NCBI GenBank assembly: GCA_038496445.1
Contig: JALMLS010000564.1
Coordinates: 310,001 to 374,000, forward strand
Length of the DNA: 64,000 nucleotides
From: Trichosphaerium sp. ATCC 40318
Taxonomy: Eukaryota > Protista > Tubulinea
Direction: 5' to 3'
Positions 35,975-49,639 of the stretch are shown here, one piece after another. Every line of letters starts with the position of its first letter. Position 1 is the stretch's first letter. A program made the translations under genes and the position numbers. Under the pieces are notes generated by a model. It made no database searches and was not told the origin of the DNA. It worked only from the letters and a program-made list of their open reading frames with translations.

Positions 35975-36439
35975 CAGTCACAAACTTGTATCAATAGAGT
36001 TAGATTAACTTCATTGAAAGTTTAAGCATAATATCCTAGTAGTTACTTTATTCGTATCTTCTCGAAGTTACTGCGCGTAAGAGAACTGTTAAAAGCTGTG
36101 GTGTAATTTTGGCGCGTTTTTTAATTAATTGTTCAAAAACTTTCTTCTTGGCTATTTGCAAACGATACGCTGTGTGCTGTATTCCACCATACAAAGTGGG
36201 TTGATACTACACTTAGCGGTTGGGTTTTTGCAAAAAGATTTGCCACTCAAAGTCTGATATGAAAACTAATCAATTTCTACGAATTAGTGCAATTTCGGGC
36301 GTTATTTTTGCCTGTAACGAGCGAAATACACATCTACGCACAGTATCAAGATACGAGAATTTTATATTAGTGCGTTGTGTTTGATTTTTTCGAAAAATCT
36401 TTTTTGCGCGTAAAAAAAGCAAAAAATCAGAATTACACC

Positions 36440-37258
36440 ATGAGCACAACAACACCTACAAAGCTTACAACACCAAAGACACCTATCAGGAAAGTAAAAC
36501 AGGCGCTAAACCAAGGACCTCAAAGCGCAAACAAAAAAACGCGCTTACGTGTTTCCGCACTTCGCGCCCAAGGGTACACACATTGGCAATGGTTGCGCGA
36601 AGTGCGATCCAAGGTGAATGGAGAGGTTAAAGTTAGAACAATCGAAGTAAACGCAAGAGTCGCCAAAGCTGGCGAAAACGGCATCAACAAATCCCATACG
36701 GTAGAATACAATGACACGTACTATTCTGTAACTGGTTTTGTCAAAACAATCTTGCACGCAGAGCTACGCGGCGCACCAGCGGCCTACGCCTCCAGTACTG
36801 GTAAGAAACAACGTCTTGTCAGGTGTCATCTATCATTTAACGCCGTTTTAGATTTCTACCCGTATCTGTTTCTTGTCAATCCTAAAACGGGTGCAAAGAT
36901 ATGCTACGGGGATATAACACCAAGACACGCAGATTTAAGCTCATCAGACGACTCTGAGCCACACGTATTTCAACCAGATCTTCCGACAGTAAGTCCCTCA
37001 AGTCCTTTTCATCATTTCTGACATTTTGTTTCACTACAGGTAGCTTCATGCTCTGACTTATTCTTTGATGCTGATTCGGGACTTTCTGCACCTGTACTAC
37101 CAGATACTGAAACCGCAGATACACTCAAAGATGATATTCTTGATTGTCAATTGACAATTCATGAATTGAAGAAAACATTAGCATCTGAGGAAGAACGACT
37201 TTCTTCTATGCTAGAAAAGATGGTTCTCATCAGGAATCAGGAAAGAACAAGTGTTTAA
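36440..37258 (+). CDS. Hypothetical nuclear-type protein (possible RAMA-like domain), 1 intron
   Basis: Long ORF with a basic N-terminus. 'LRAQGY...ARV...G...VEYNDTYYSVTGFV' loosely resembles RAMA domains, followed by a C-terminal coiled coil. Confidence 0.55.
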
Positions 37259-37899
37259 ACCATATGATTGTTGTTTGTATAGAATAAAAGAATATTTAAC
37301 TGTATACAGACGCCACAGTGCGCAAGATCGCTCTTTGCAATCAGATTTTCTGTCACATTTTTTGAACTTTTTCATTTCTCAACATTCACGTGCTTGATAC
37401 TGCTAGGACATGTTTTTAAAACTGTGAGCGGTTACGAATGTATTCATTTGTGTTGTGTGCAAGCGCTCAAAATCTTTTTAAGTTGTGAGCTCTGCACTGC
37501 AGAGTGGATGTCGTATTGATTTTATGTGTACCTCAGGTATGTTTTACTTGGGATAAGCACCTTTAAATACTCAGCTAGCTACCAAATATAGTCATTGCCT
37601 CTTTTTTAAGAAGTAGACTTTGCAAATCCGTACTGCTAGTATAGTATTCGCCTGTAGTTTGATGCAATGAAGTGCTGACACATCGCTTAATTATTTTTCC
37701 GACGATGTGCACATTCCAAGTACTTTTCTTTGTATCTAGTATGTCACTATGTGCTTTAATGCGCTACCAAGACAAATAATTTAACAATCTAGAGTACACG
37801 TTATTGTGAGAGGAGTACAAATGGGAGATATCTCGGAATAAAATTGCTCCAAGAATGTCAACATTATTTATATCATAAAAATTCCATTCACAACATAAG

Positions 37900-38656
37900 A
37901 TGCAACTTCTTGTGGTTTTCTTGATTGCATTCGCAAGTGTGGTATCCGCACAGTACCAATTTAACCCCTTCCCACCTCCGTTTACGCCTGGCGCTTTCGA
38001 ATTTACCTTAGATGGCGGAGGAGCCCCTGGTATGGCGGCTTACATGCGCTCATCACCAACAGACTCTAAACTGGTAAGGAAACAACCTTAAAATGCTTCA
38101 CAAGCTTATTCTTTCAACTAGCTATTTTTCTACAATGTATCGCAAACAGCATACCTAGATAGACGTAACTCAACCAACGTACGGCCTTTTTACTCTCCCA
38201 AAAAGCGGAGAAATAGTAGTTGCTCGAAATGTACAATGCAACTAAACGACTTGTCAGGTCCGTGCATTCACTATAACAGATGATAAATGTACGTTCCAAA
38301 CTCAACCGAACGCTCTAGTATGTACAGAATGGGCTGTTGTACGTGTATTTAGCAGCTAGAAAGCTTCTGCTCCAAAATATTGAGATTTGGTTTTAGGCGG
38401 ATTCTGTTTGGACTAGAACTTGTGGAGAATATAGAGAAAAGAGTAAAATGACCGTAACCGTTGTTGACGGTGAAATCAAGTCATACACTGTTGATGAACA
38501 GCTCTATAATTCAAAAACTTCGTTTACAGTAAAAGTAACTAAAATGTTACCTACACCAACTGACGAGACCTTTAAAGTACGTGGCCCAAAGAAATGCACT
38601 ATTACTTTACCCTTAACGTTATTCTGTAGCTCCCTCCAGTTTGTGTAATAAGCTAG
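37900..38656 (+). CDS. Small secreted protein (ependymin-related-like fold possible), multi-exon
   Basis: Clear signal peptide MQLLVVFLIAFASVVSA, beta-rich exons, C-terminal 'PTDETFK|LPPVC'. Confidence 0.6.
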
Positions 38657-38977
38657 ATAAGTAAACACATGTAATAAATAAAAACAATTGACGTCAACCT
38701 GTTTCTTTTTGGCGTTTAGGTAGCCATCATTGTATGCAAGTATCTTGTATACTACCCGTGCTGTGCCCGGAATGTACTGCGGTCAGTTATGCAAAAGGGT
38801 ACAGGTGCAGCGATAGTACAAAAAACAAACGAAAGGCGGTTTAACAAAGTATTTCTTATTATTTAACAGTTACAATTGATTGTTTCAGGGTTGGATTAAT
38901 TGGGTTGGATTGGATTGGAATTAGATTGAAGTATTATTATTAGATCTCTCGAGCTTAAAGGGGTTTGTTGGCTACTA

Positions 38978-40240
38978 CTAACGCATGGAGGATAAAGAAG
39001 CTTTTTTCTTATTATGCTTGTTCTTCCACCTGTAGAATGTTGTCCTATTGACATTGAATAGTGATTCTAGCTCTGCTTGTTTAACACCGACATGAGTCTA
39101 TGGAAAAAAGTAAGAAAAAAGAATACAAAAGGGTTCAAAGAATTTATTGAAAAACAAGTTTTTTTCTTCGTGAAAGAAAAAAGTAATGTACCTTTTCATA
39201 GTCGAGCATTTTGTCAAACAAGGCTTGAGTCATGCGTTGCCATCCTTTTCCAGGAGATTTCTTATTAATTCTATTAAGTTTTGAAGCTTTTGGCGGTAAC
39301 TAAAACAAACATAAGAAATCATTTCAAAAAAAATGTGTCAAACAGAAAAAAAACTTGGTTTTTACGCTAACGTACCTTCTGCCGCTTATTAATTTTTGAC
39401 ACTTGATTCATTATACGTCCACATCTCAATTTAGAGCAAAAGTTCTCTGTAAATCGATGTGCATGGTTTGGATAAAGATTCTTGTATTTTTGAATAATGT
39501 CACGATAACACATTACGCCTGCCATGATATCTTCGTATATTCTCAGACCAATAGTTTCTCTAAATTCTTTTCTGGATATTCTACCGCCAGATTTTCTTGA
39601 AGTGTTCTTTGTAGGTTCACTGAACTTGCAAGATTGAGCTTTTAAAGGTTCTTGTTTGATTACTACGTTCGTTGTTGTTTTCTTTTGTTGACCTTCTGTT
39701 TTTATCTGAGGGTTGAATAGTCTTTCAGGTGTGAGTTGTTGAAGTGCGTAAAGATTTCTTTCGATTTTTACGTCTAGAAGTCGTTGAGGTGACTTCTCCT
39801 TGTTGATTACGTTTTCTTTGTCTATAGTACAGCTCGTTGACGCAGGCTCTTGCTTTATCTGCTTTATATAACTGAAAATGGGTTTGTCAAGCCTAATCCG
39901 CGTAAGCCATTGTTTTGTGCACTTTATAAATCACGTACATTGGTAAGCCGGTATTACAAGCGGCTGAAAAACCGAGGCTCTCTTCTGGAAAAAAATTGGT
40001 TTCTGGCTTCAGATATTCAATACGGTCCGTCGCAGTGGTATGAAGGTAACTATTAAAACCGTCGCGCGAGTTTGATGACGGGCGAACTTGCCACTGCAAA
40101 AACGGTACAGAAGACTCGCCGAATATTCTGTCGGCGGAATTGCTTCCCGTATTGAATAAAAAAGGGTCGATACTATTAGAAAGAGACGGCAATATAAGCT
40201 CGGCGCTATCTGTAAGCTTGTTACATGGAAAAGAACTCAT
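38978..40240 (-). CDS. Putative transcription factor with C-terminal helix-turn-helix, multi-exon
   Basis: C-terminal exon 'GVKQAELESLFNVNRTTFYRWKNK' is an HTH consensus. An upstream helical block reads 'YRDIIQKYKNLYPNHAHRFTENFCSKLRCGRIM'. Confidence 0.7.
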
Positions 40241-40493
40241 CTGGTGGTATTTATTTACACCTGCGTTGCTTGGTTCATGAAAAACTTCTCTAAATACCTG
40301 TCTGGGGTATTCAACGAGGTGAAAAACACTCTTATAATAACGCGCACTTAAAGCTATTAAGTCAGGATCCAAACCAACCAATCAGCTTTGAGTTTACTTT
40401 TAGTGACTTTTTCAACTTTGTGTTTTACGACTAAAGACACAGATCTTATTTTTGCGTTTTACACTGCCCTCACACTTCGCAATAGCGTTACGT

Positions 40494-41549
40494 TTATTGA
40501 TGTAGGGAACTGCCACACTTAGGACACTTTACCGAGTTAACGAGCTCTTGCAGCTTTTCGTAGCTGTCTTCGAGCGTTGTCGCGTAGCTAGCGCGTTTTA
40601 GAGGAAAAAAAAAAAGTGACGTTCAGTACTTGGACATGCGATGAAGTTCCTCTATAGCATTTGATAGCTCTCGTTTAACGTCTGTCGAGTCAGCTGAACA
40701 AAATGTCATCATTTTTACAGTTCGGTAACGTTTTTTTTGTTTTGCGTCGTACCTTTTGCCTCCGGTTCGCTGGGCGCCGTAGTTGTGGCCTACGTAAATA
40801 AAAATTAGAACAGTAACGTTTGTGTTGGTTTTACCTGTACTGGTGTTTCGACAACTGATTCCGTTGGTTTGCTTGTCTCCACTGCGATAGGTGCGCCACC
40901 GTCTTTGCTAGTAGCTTGGCGGTGTAAGGCGAGACAGGTGGAATATGGCGGGTAAAGTTGTACTTGCCTTTACTACCTAGCGTGTCCATTGGTACAACAC
41001 AACTAACGGTGTCGCTAGTAGCCTTTGTGTGCCGGGCTAGGCTGTCACGTACTCGCGCGTTTATGTCTTCCACTGTCTCAACAAACCAATCTCTACATAT
41101 TTGAGCAAAATGGAGCTTGTTGTAAGCCACGTACGTTTTCTCACTGAGGGTTGCTTCGGCTTTCTCGATTCTCGTCTTTAGGAGTTTATTTTGTGTCTTC
41201 TCTGTATTTAGTGCTTGTTTGAGTTGGATTGCAACTTTCTCTCCAGTTGCATGCTGCGCTTTTACAGATTGCAAGCTCTCTGCCATTGTCATGTACTTCT
41301 CTCGCAGTACTTTGCATTCCGTTTGAGCTTTGAGATGTTAAACCATTGCGTAGTTGGCACTCTTTACGTGTCGTACCTTTCTCCAATTCTCTTTTTGTGC
41401 GGTTGTGAGCTTTGTTCTCTAGCTCCAGTTTGGCTTTTTCAAGATGGTTTGCGGATTCCAGAGACCTAATGTTGCGTCAACCCAAGTATGACGTACACGC
41501 AGTAGCGGCTGTACCCGATGTGATCTAAAAATTCTTTGTAGGATGTCAT
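40494..41549 (-). CDS. Coiled-coil hypothetical protein, multi-exon
   Basis: Spliced heptad-rich exons ending '...VKCPKCGSSLHQ*'. Confidence 0.6.
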
Positions 41550-41625
41550 TGTGCGCAATATCTGTCTAAGTGTAGTGCTTAAATTGACTTTGCTTAAGTA
41601 CACGTCAGCAGTAACCCCTTTCACA

Positions 41626-43451
41626 ATGGATTCTGTTGCGTTTGGCGTCTTCTTGGGTGGTGCGGGTGCCACATTGTACACAATCGTGCCAGAGCAGTGG
41701 CAGACACTGTTTCTATGTAACTTTGTTTTATCAATGCTTGGTTACTTCTACGCGCTAAAATTGATACCTGTGGTGGGTCAGATGTGTTTAAACCATAATT
41801 TGTGGGGAAAAGATATTAACAAACTTGAATACGTTAAAGTGTACGCTTGTTCTTCGTAAAACACACTAATAAGCATAAGACCGGAATCTTTGGGTATTGT
41901 TTGTGGAGCCACTTATTTAGTTTGCGTTATATTATGCCAACCAGTACTTACACAACTCCTTCCTTCAATGGTACGCCGTGTCATATTTTTTTTACATCTA
42001 ACCGTTCTCAGATGGTTCAATACAACGCAGCTCTTACCTCAGCGCTTTTTATATTATTTCTAGGCTTTGTAGATGATGTACTAGACGTCAGGTGCGTAAA
42101 ATCATAATTGAAGTTTCGTTGTGACTGATTTCTTCAGGTGGAGTGTTAAAATTGCTCTCTCATTCCTAGCCACATTGCCACTACTCGTGGCATACGATGG
42201 ACCAACCACAGTAGTCATTCCAAAGCCTTTGCGCGGTGTATTAGGACTCACAAGCCTTTTTGAGCTAGGTACATATTGGCGACTTACTCAGCCACAATTT
42301 ATGCTTGGTGACTCATCGCTCACTTTATAACACAATCTAGGATTTTTCTATCATGCATACATGGCATTTATTGCAGTATTCACTACAAACAGCATCAACA
42401 TCTACGCAGGTAATTGGTTTTGCGAAAACAGGATTTTTAGGCTCACTTTTTGCACGTGCTTGAACGGGCACTAATATTATTCCTTCTAGGTATCAATGGT
42501 TTAGAAAGTGGACAAGCTGTCGTTATTTCTTGTGCTGTTTTAGTTCATAACGCTATTCAGGTGACAGGTACGAAATAAGCAAGCAACGGATAGTACCCAG
42601 AAACATCAATCCACCTTTTTATCCTTTTGGCTAACCTTCATCGCAGGAGAGTATGTTGATCCTGTACCACCTATGTTATCAATACTATTGATGTTTCCGT
42701 TCCTTGCAAGTGCTCTTGCTTTATTTTATTACAACAAGTACGTTGTGCATTCACAAAAAAATCAAAAACAGATTGGGCTTTTTGTTCGAGTCATCTTTTG
42801 TTATTTTATTTATTGGTTTTTTTAGGTATCCTTCGCGTGCCTTTGTTGGTGATTCATTTACATACTTTGCTGGTATGATATTCGCTGTTGTTGGTATACT
42901 GTGTTGCTTCTCAAAGACATTATTGGCCTTCTTTATCCCACAACTCCTCAACTTTGCTTTTTCTTTACCACAACTATTCCATGTTATTCCTTGCCCAAGA
43001 CATCGTATACCAAGGTACACGACAAAGTCTAACCTGATTCCACAAAAACTTTTCAAAAACGCTACTTTAACTTCTTGACTCTCTCAATGACAAGTTCCTG
43101 GAGTATGTAACACTCCAGAGGTCGTTAAACGTATTTTATTCGATAAAAGTTGATGTTTGCATTTTTCTGATTTTTTTTGTTAGGATTAACCCAAAGACTG
43201 GGTTATTGAATTACTCGACGGTGGAGTGCGAAATTTTTGGTAAAAAGAGAAAGTTGATGAACTTTACTATTATTAATTTATTTTTGTACATTTTTGGACC
43301 TATGCATGAAGGAACACTTTGTAATGTTTTACTTGCTTTTCAAGTATTTTGTTGTGGTATTGGTTTCGCTGTAAGATATAGTCATTATCTTACAACGTAC
43401 TTTTACGACTCAGACTATGACTTGTTCCTCGCTACCAATTCTACAATGTAA
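41626..43451 (+). CDS. DPAGT1: UDP-GlcNAc:dolichyl-phosphate GlcNAc-1-phosphate transferase, multi-exon
   Basis: 'LWGKDINK', 'PESLG', '[12 protein letters not shown]|W', 'TNSINIYAG|INGLE', '[16 protein letters not shown]', '[18 protein letters not shown]'. Confidence 0.97.
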
Positions 43452-43837
43452 AAATAAAATAAATAAAATGAACAAATGTCAAAGTTGTCGTTTCTGGCAT
43501 CACGTGATGCTTGAGAACATTTTAGCGCCCTTGTCGATAATTACGGCTTTGATGTCCGACACTATGACAGGTGACTTTCAAAGACGCGTAAAACTAACTG
43601 TCTTGTATGTTTACGAACATGTTACGCTATTGCAAACATTTTGTTCTTTTTTATTACCTCGTATTTCGGTGCTTCAAGTGACTGAAGTTGTCTTTCGTAT
43701 CACACGACTTTTTGACTGATTGACTGGTTGGTAAGGACATAAATTATTGCGAGTAGGAACATAAAAAATGATGTCACTTAGAAATACGGTACTAGTTTCA
43801 GCGGATACTATAAAATTTAGTTTACAAGAAGGTTTTT

Positions 43838-46205
43838 TTATACAGATGCAAGCGGTGTTGAGTTTGTTCCTTCTGTGTTCACAGACGTTTTTGACTCCAC
43901 TTTTCCTACTTGTGGTGGTGTTACTTTACCCGTACTGCTCACATTATCACTGCTTCTATTTTTCCACAAATGAAGTCTACATGTGAGGAAATACCAGTTT
44001 CTTTTTGTCCATCTGAAGAATTGAGGCATAGCTTACAAATAATGTAAGTTGGATTGCTTAACAAGTACTGCTTACCTAATGCGCTTAAAAATGAAACTAT
44101 GCCTGTAGAATTCAAACCAATAACTATGGCTAGAGAAGTCGACCGAGGAAATATTGAAGGAAAGTCACCTATGCAAGCATGAGTGACGCGACAGTTTAGC
44201 TTTGTTTGCACTCACCACAATCATTTCTTCGCGCTGTGCAATCTGCCCACTGTCCAATCTCTTGTTGTAGAGCCTCCTCTGATTTTGATATACCTTGTGC
44301 TCCGCCGAACATAACAACAAGAGCGATCCATAGAATACCAACCAAGTAAACCCACATACCAATCTGAGCTCTGATAAATCTAAACAAATGAGTTTATGAT
44401 CACTCTGACCTTTGTAGATATGTAGGTTGCGGGTTTGGATTATAAAAATACTAGTTCTTTGAAACAACTCGTTATAGAATAGCAAAAAAAAAATCCGTCC
44501 AATGAGGCACAAGAACTGGACTTGGCATACTTTGTTGATTTTTTCTTCTTTTCAGGTGACAAGGTACTTAGTCGCTAAAAACATTTAAACATTACGACAA
44601 ATAATTAGATAGTTAACAACGTACTTTGTATGATTCGTATATAACATACGAAATGTAGCACACATTAATGATATTTGTGAAACAAGCAATACCCACAACA
44701 ATAATGGTAACAGAAAGAATACCTGCATCCTCAGGAAGGAACGATACATAACAGAACCCAACACATGTTGGATGTGATCTAAAATTAACAAAAGCAAGGT
44801 TAAGTATAACCAAAGCTAGCCCTATCAATCCAGGACCAATGTAGAAACAAAACCTTGACATGTTAGTCGGGAACTGAAGAAATAAAAAAGAACATACTTT
44901 ATGGGTTTCGTCCATGCTTTTACGTTTAATTTGAATAAAGTTAGCGCCATAGTTAAACCTAAACACGCCCAGTATAATAACCCAGCAAGACCTCCAACGT
45001 ATACAATGATACCTTTTAAAGATATTAAGAAAATAATAAGAAACAAGGCAGAATAAAACGGATAGAATACCTTGTATAATGCAAAGTGCGTTTGCATTGT
45101 TGAAAGTGTTTCTGTACGTCCATTTATTCTCACATAACATATCTTCCCGTGATAAAAAAAAGATGAAGATATGAGGAATAGGTACCATAAGAGCAAACCT
45201 TGAAATCTTGTAAGATATCGAAAAAATGCATGAGCACTAACTAACTTACGACATTGCAAATATATGAAGATTCAGCGGGAACTTCCTTCTTTTCTTACTT
45301 GTAGAGAACGTTAACACAGCGTATAAGCCAAGAATAAACGATATAGGTATCAGTAAATACTCAGCCTAAACAAAATAATTAACTCGTATATTTTCAGTTT
45401 GTCAACGCGGTTGTGTTGGCAACATGTACTAAAATTGTCACAGAATACGTAGAGTACAATTTGTAAAGTATGTAAAAAGATTCTCCGGAGCGCTGTGCGT
45501 ACCCAATAGTGGTCATTGCACTTGCTTTTTTCTGGTAATGGGCAAAGGAGTGTACACGGTGGATCTCCCTCTCCGGCACTGAAATCATAAGTGAATGGGT
45601 ATCTGCAATCTCCTTGTTGTAAAGCTATACTCATGTTATTACAAGTTCCCTGACTGAAATCTGGAACTAGCGTCGCTATGCAAAAGTTATTTCAACTTTA
45701 AAAGTACTGGTATCAGTTCACCATTAGCTACAGATACGTCTGTGCAGTTTATCCGCCTATCAGGTTCTAAATGAAAGAGCTCAGCGCATGCCACTTGCGC
45801 TCGTTCGCATAGAGATAAACAAGGAGAAAGTGGTCCAATACTTGAACAAGGCCGAAAAACGCGCTTGCATGTTATCTCCTTAAGTATCTGACCGCACCTA
45901 GTCCCGTTAAATAACGTGCTTTTGTTGAACATTTTTTGAAAGAATTTAACTTACTCTCTATTGAACGCCAGTGCTGTTGATATTGTAGAAGACGCTTCCT
46001 CGTACTTTTGTAACAAGATAGAGTGATCCACATTGGGGAAAAAGACGGTATTGTGGTAGTTCTCGTAGCCACACGTGGAGTTCATAGGCGCACAGCCGTT
46101 AATCAATGGCTTACTGGCGTTTAACGAGGATCCATACGCGACTGATACAATCAAAATAATGTACCAACACATACAACCGGAGCTGTGGGTGTAATTGAAG
46201 GCCAT
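43838..46205 (-). CDS. Frizzled/Smoothened-like GPCR with cysteine-rich domain, multi-exon
   Basis: Signal peptide, Fz-CRD cysteine spacing ('CAP..STCGY', 'C..ILKEITCKRVFRPC', 'PCLSLCERAQVAC'), 'C.LLCPLP' linker and seven hydrophobic segments. Confidence 0.85.
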
Positions 46206-46438
46206 GTTTTAATTGAAAAACATTCCGTTTATAAATATTTTGACTGTATTGTATGTGAGTATGCGTACCGCCATAACGGGAATGCGCGTTCAAATAGATA
46301 CTCCATTAAATAACTAGTTCGTTTTTTTAATGTGCGAACACCAGTTTTGCTAACTAACGAAAAGTAGGAGCAAAGTTTATTTTTTTTTACCTTTTACTTT
46401 CTTTTATGTACAAAACAATTGTTTTTGAGCTACCTTTT

Positions 46439-49277
46439 TTAACTAAGCTTTTCGGCGACCTCACAAAGGTCGACAGTTAGTTCTTTAGTAAACTCTCTAA
46501 TAATTAAAACAAGACACGCTTGTCGCGTTTTGGCGTCAGGCTGTAAATGAACTGTATCTCTAAAAAGAATTTTGTAAATAAAATCTGAAAGAAAACGTGG
46601 TTATTAGACGTACATGTCGTTGTCCGTGTTTGCTAACTCTAAATGTTCCTCTGTATCATAAGAATCTTTAATACTATCTAATATCTTAAACACAATGTTA
46701 GAAAATACAAAGTACAAGAATGGCAGTATGCTATAATTGCTTTCAATAAAACTCCGTATGAATTTCGTACCTTATTTATCCGTTTGAACAAAGAGAATTT
46801 TGTTGAGGTGTCAAGCAAAAAAGAGTGTAATAGTACATGTGGCATTTGAGCAAGAGCGTTAATACACTCTGTAAGAAATAGAGCAAAGTCTTGAGAATGA
46901 CCCATGATATTTTCAAGAGCCTGCATCAATACTCTATACAATGGTCCTAAAAAACAAAATTAAAAAATAGAGGTTGTTGAAAATCGGCTTGTTTCGCACT
47001 TACCAGGATCAATATCCTTGCTTTTTAGATAATCTCCGTTTTTATTACTGTGTCCTCCATTTTCTTTCTTTGTGTTTTTATCGAAAGCATCACTAGGCCA
47101 CTTGCTCAGCGCAGTATGTATCTTGGGTTTCACGTGAGCAAGTTTTTCCAAAAACCGTTAATGACGTACTCGTAGAATTCTATTATTGACATATTGCTTA
47201 TAAATTAGCGTTGTAGGCGTGACATCTTGTTCTTTAATCAACTTTTCAAATCTAGCAAAAGGTTAGAATATGGGAAAGAAAAACAAATGAAAAAAGTATG
47301 ATATTTTTCTTTAAAGTACGTACTGAGCTACTTTAGTTACGGTATCAGTTGCATAAATATCCAGATCAGCTGGTATAAGGTACTTGAGAATTATATCATT
47401 AAACACTGAGTATTCGTATTGCCTTAGTAATGTGGATACTGTACAACAATTAATCAATACTTGGTTCGTTTGGGTTTTTTTTTTGTAACATTTTAGCGTA
47501 CTTAATCTTAGAGTGTTTGTAGCAAGTGTCTCAGCAGGGATGGCTTCAGAATTCGATTTTGTTGTATAGTTTATTCGCTTTAAAATAATATTAATCATGC
47601 GTGGTTCAAGCTAAAATCAGCGTTAATAAAGACCAAAAAAAAAGAAAAAAGAAGAGTTATTTTCTTCAGCACCAACGTACAATGATCTGAGTAAATAAGT
47701 TTCTTAGTCCTGCGTCCACATATCCAAGTATTTCGCGTAGATATATTGTGGTATTATTAGCAGATCTCCTAGAACAGAAATTAAAAAAAATATCTAAAAA
47801 AGGTCAAGAATTACGGATTTGTCAATTTTGGGACAAGAACTGCTTGAATAAACTGCTTCTCAAAGGCATCCAAAAAAGCCAATCGAAATTTCTAGTGAGT
47901 AGTTAATAAAGAAGCCTATGGCGCTGTTTAATCGTACCTCGTTAGGTACTTTAGCAAGTCTATTTGCAAAACGCAATAATGGCAAGAATTCTGAAAAATT
48001 TGTGGGTAATCGTTTTGATTTTTCTGGAAGGAACTTGAAAGACTCGCACAACTCATTGATCTACCCAAAATGATAAGCTTCAATATGATTAAAATTTTAC
48101 ACTTACTCTTGCATCAATAAAAGGTGTACCAAGTATGTACTGAGTTATGCCTTGACGCCAAAATAGTTAAAAAAAAATCCAAGAAACTTGAATCGTACCT
48201 TCGTGGTTTATCTGAAAGCAAGATAGAACAGTTCGTCGAATGATAGGTAGCATATCGACCATTGTCTTTGCTTATGTTAATTTTTACCACTTTAACTATA
48301 GAGAAATGAATAAACGTACGGGATCTTTGTACAAGCTCAGTAATCGTTGGAAAACTATAAATTCACTCTGCATCACGTGTTATTCTAAAAAATCGTCGCT
48401 ACGAGTTTCATACGCGTACCTTTTTAGGTTTACTAATCCCATGATTTTCTAGCATGAATAGAGATACTATATCTGGCGTTTTTAGATCGTTATGGAATAG
48501 TGTTATTGTTGAATGAAAAAAAAAAAAAAAACAAAAAGATATTCTTTGAGTCTCATCAGTACAACGTTTATGAGATCCAAGTACGCCATATGCTCATCGT
48601 TACAAGATTCTATTAGTTTCAACACAGGCTAGAGTTATTCTTTAGCACGCATAAGGTAATAAAAACGCGATAGCAACGGTGAAGCATAGCTATCCAGCAG
48701 TTTACTCTTGGAAATTTTGTTTTGGTCTGTGAAACGGCACCTTGTAAAAACTGACATGCGCCAATATCGGTACAGATAAATGCGAGAATATAAGAGAGGC
48801 TGTTGATAGAACAAGCTTGCATACTCCAGGTGGAGGCTTGAAAAGTAGAGTGAAAAAAACAATACATGAAGTAACTTCTGTGCGACGTACGTATTTCAAG
48901 GCCGCTTCTACCAGCGCGTCAAGTGACCGTTGTCTGGCGAATACTTCTTCGTACGGACCTAAACGAAGTGTCAATAGCTGTTTCGCGTTTTAACGGGTGT
49001 GAGTATGAGTTTAGGCTGAAAGGAAGATACCTAGGATCGGGCCAGCGTGAACGTTTAATCTGTTTTCTTCTGCGAGTATCTTGTTCGTCAGCGCCTCAAC
49101 CAGAGGCTTTAAAACAGTGACAGTCTCCCTGGCTACAATAATCGGTTACAAACGTTTTAATATTCTTTACATACTTCGTAGCGCGTCGTTTACTGCGTTC
49201 CATTGACGCTCAGCGTTTTGTATAGGATTCTCGGGCTTTTGTCGCGTAAACATTTTATTTGCTGCTTTGAACGCCAT
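46439..49277 (-). CDS. FHIP/FAM160 (RAI16-like) family protein, multi-exon
   Basis: 'HMAYLDL', 'FLPLLRFANRLA', 'GPLYRVL..LEN.......LFLTECINALAQMPHVLLHSFLL', 'ACLVLIIREF.KEL'. Confidence 0.7.
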
Positions 49278-49639
49278 CACGAGTTGATTTTACCTCATTT
49301 GGTAACGGTTTTTTTGCGAATTGCGCAACATAAAAAGACTCCAACGACTTATCGTGACACTTCATCTTAAAACGGGTCAGTTTTACTTTCTAACATGATA
49401 GAGGGGCATTGACGCCGTTGTAGTACCTGCAAGTAATATTATTCACACTGCAAGCTTTTGAAGGTCAACACAAAAAATCAAGAAAAAGATCACAATAGTC
49501 TCTACAGATCAATAGAATTACACTTGTTTACGCCATACAACCCGAACTATATATTTACCTTCGTATTTAATACACGCACGTGCGTTTTACTGCAACAACA
49601 GCAAATTTCAGATTTGGTAAAGGCGTAAAATAAGCTAAA

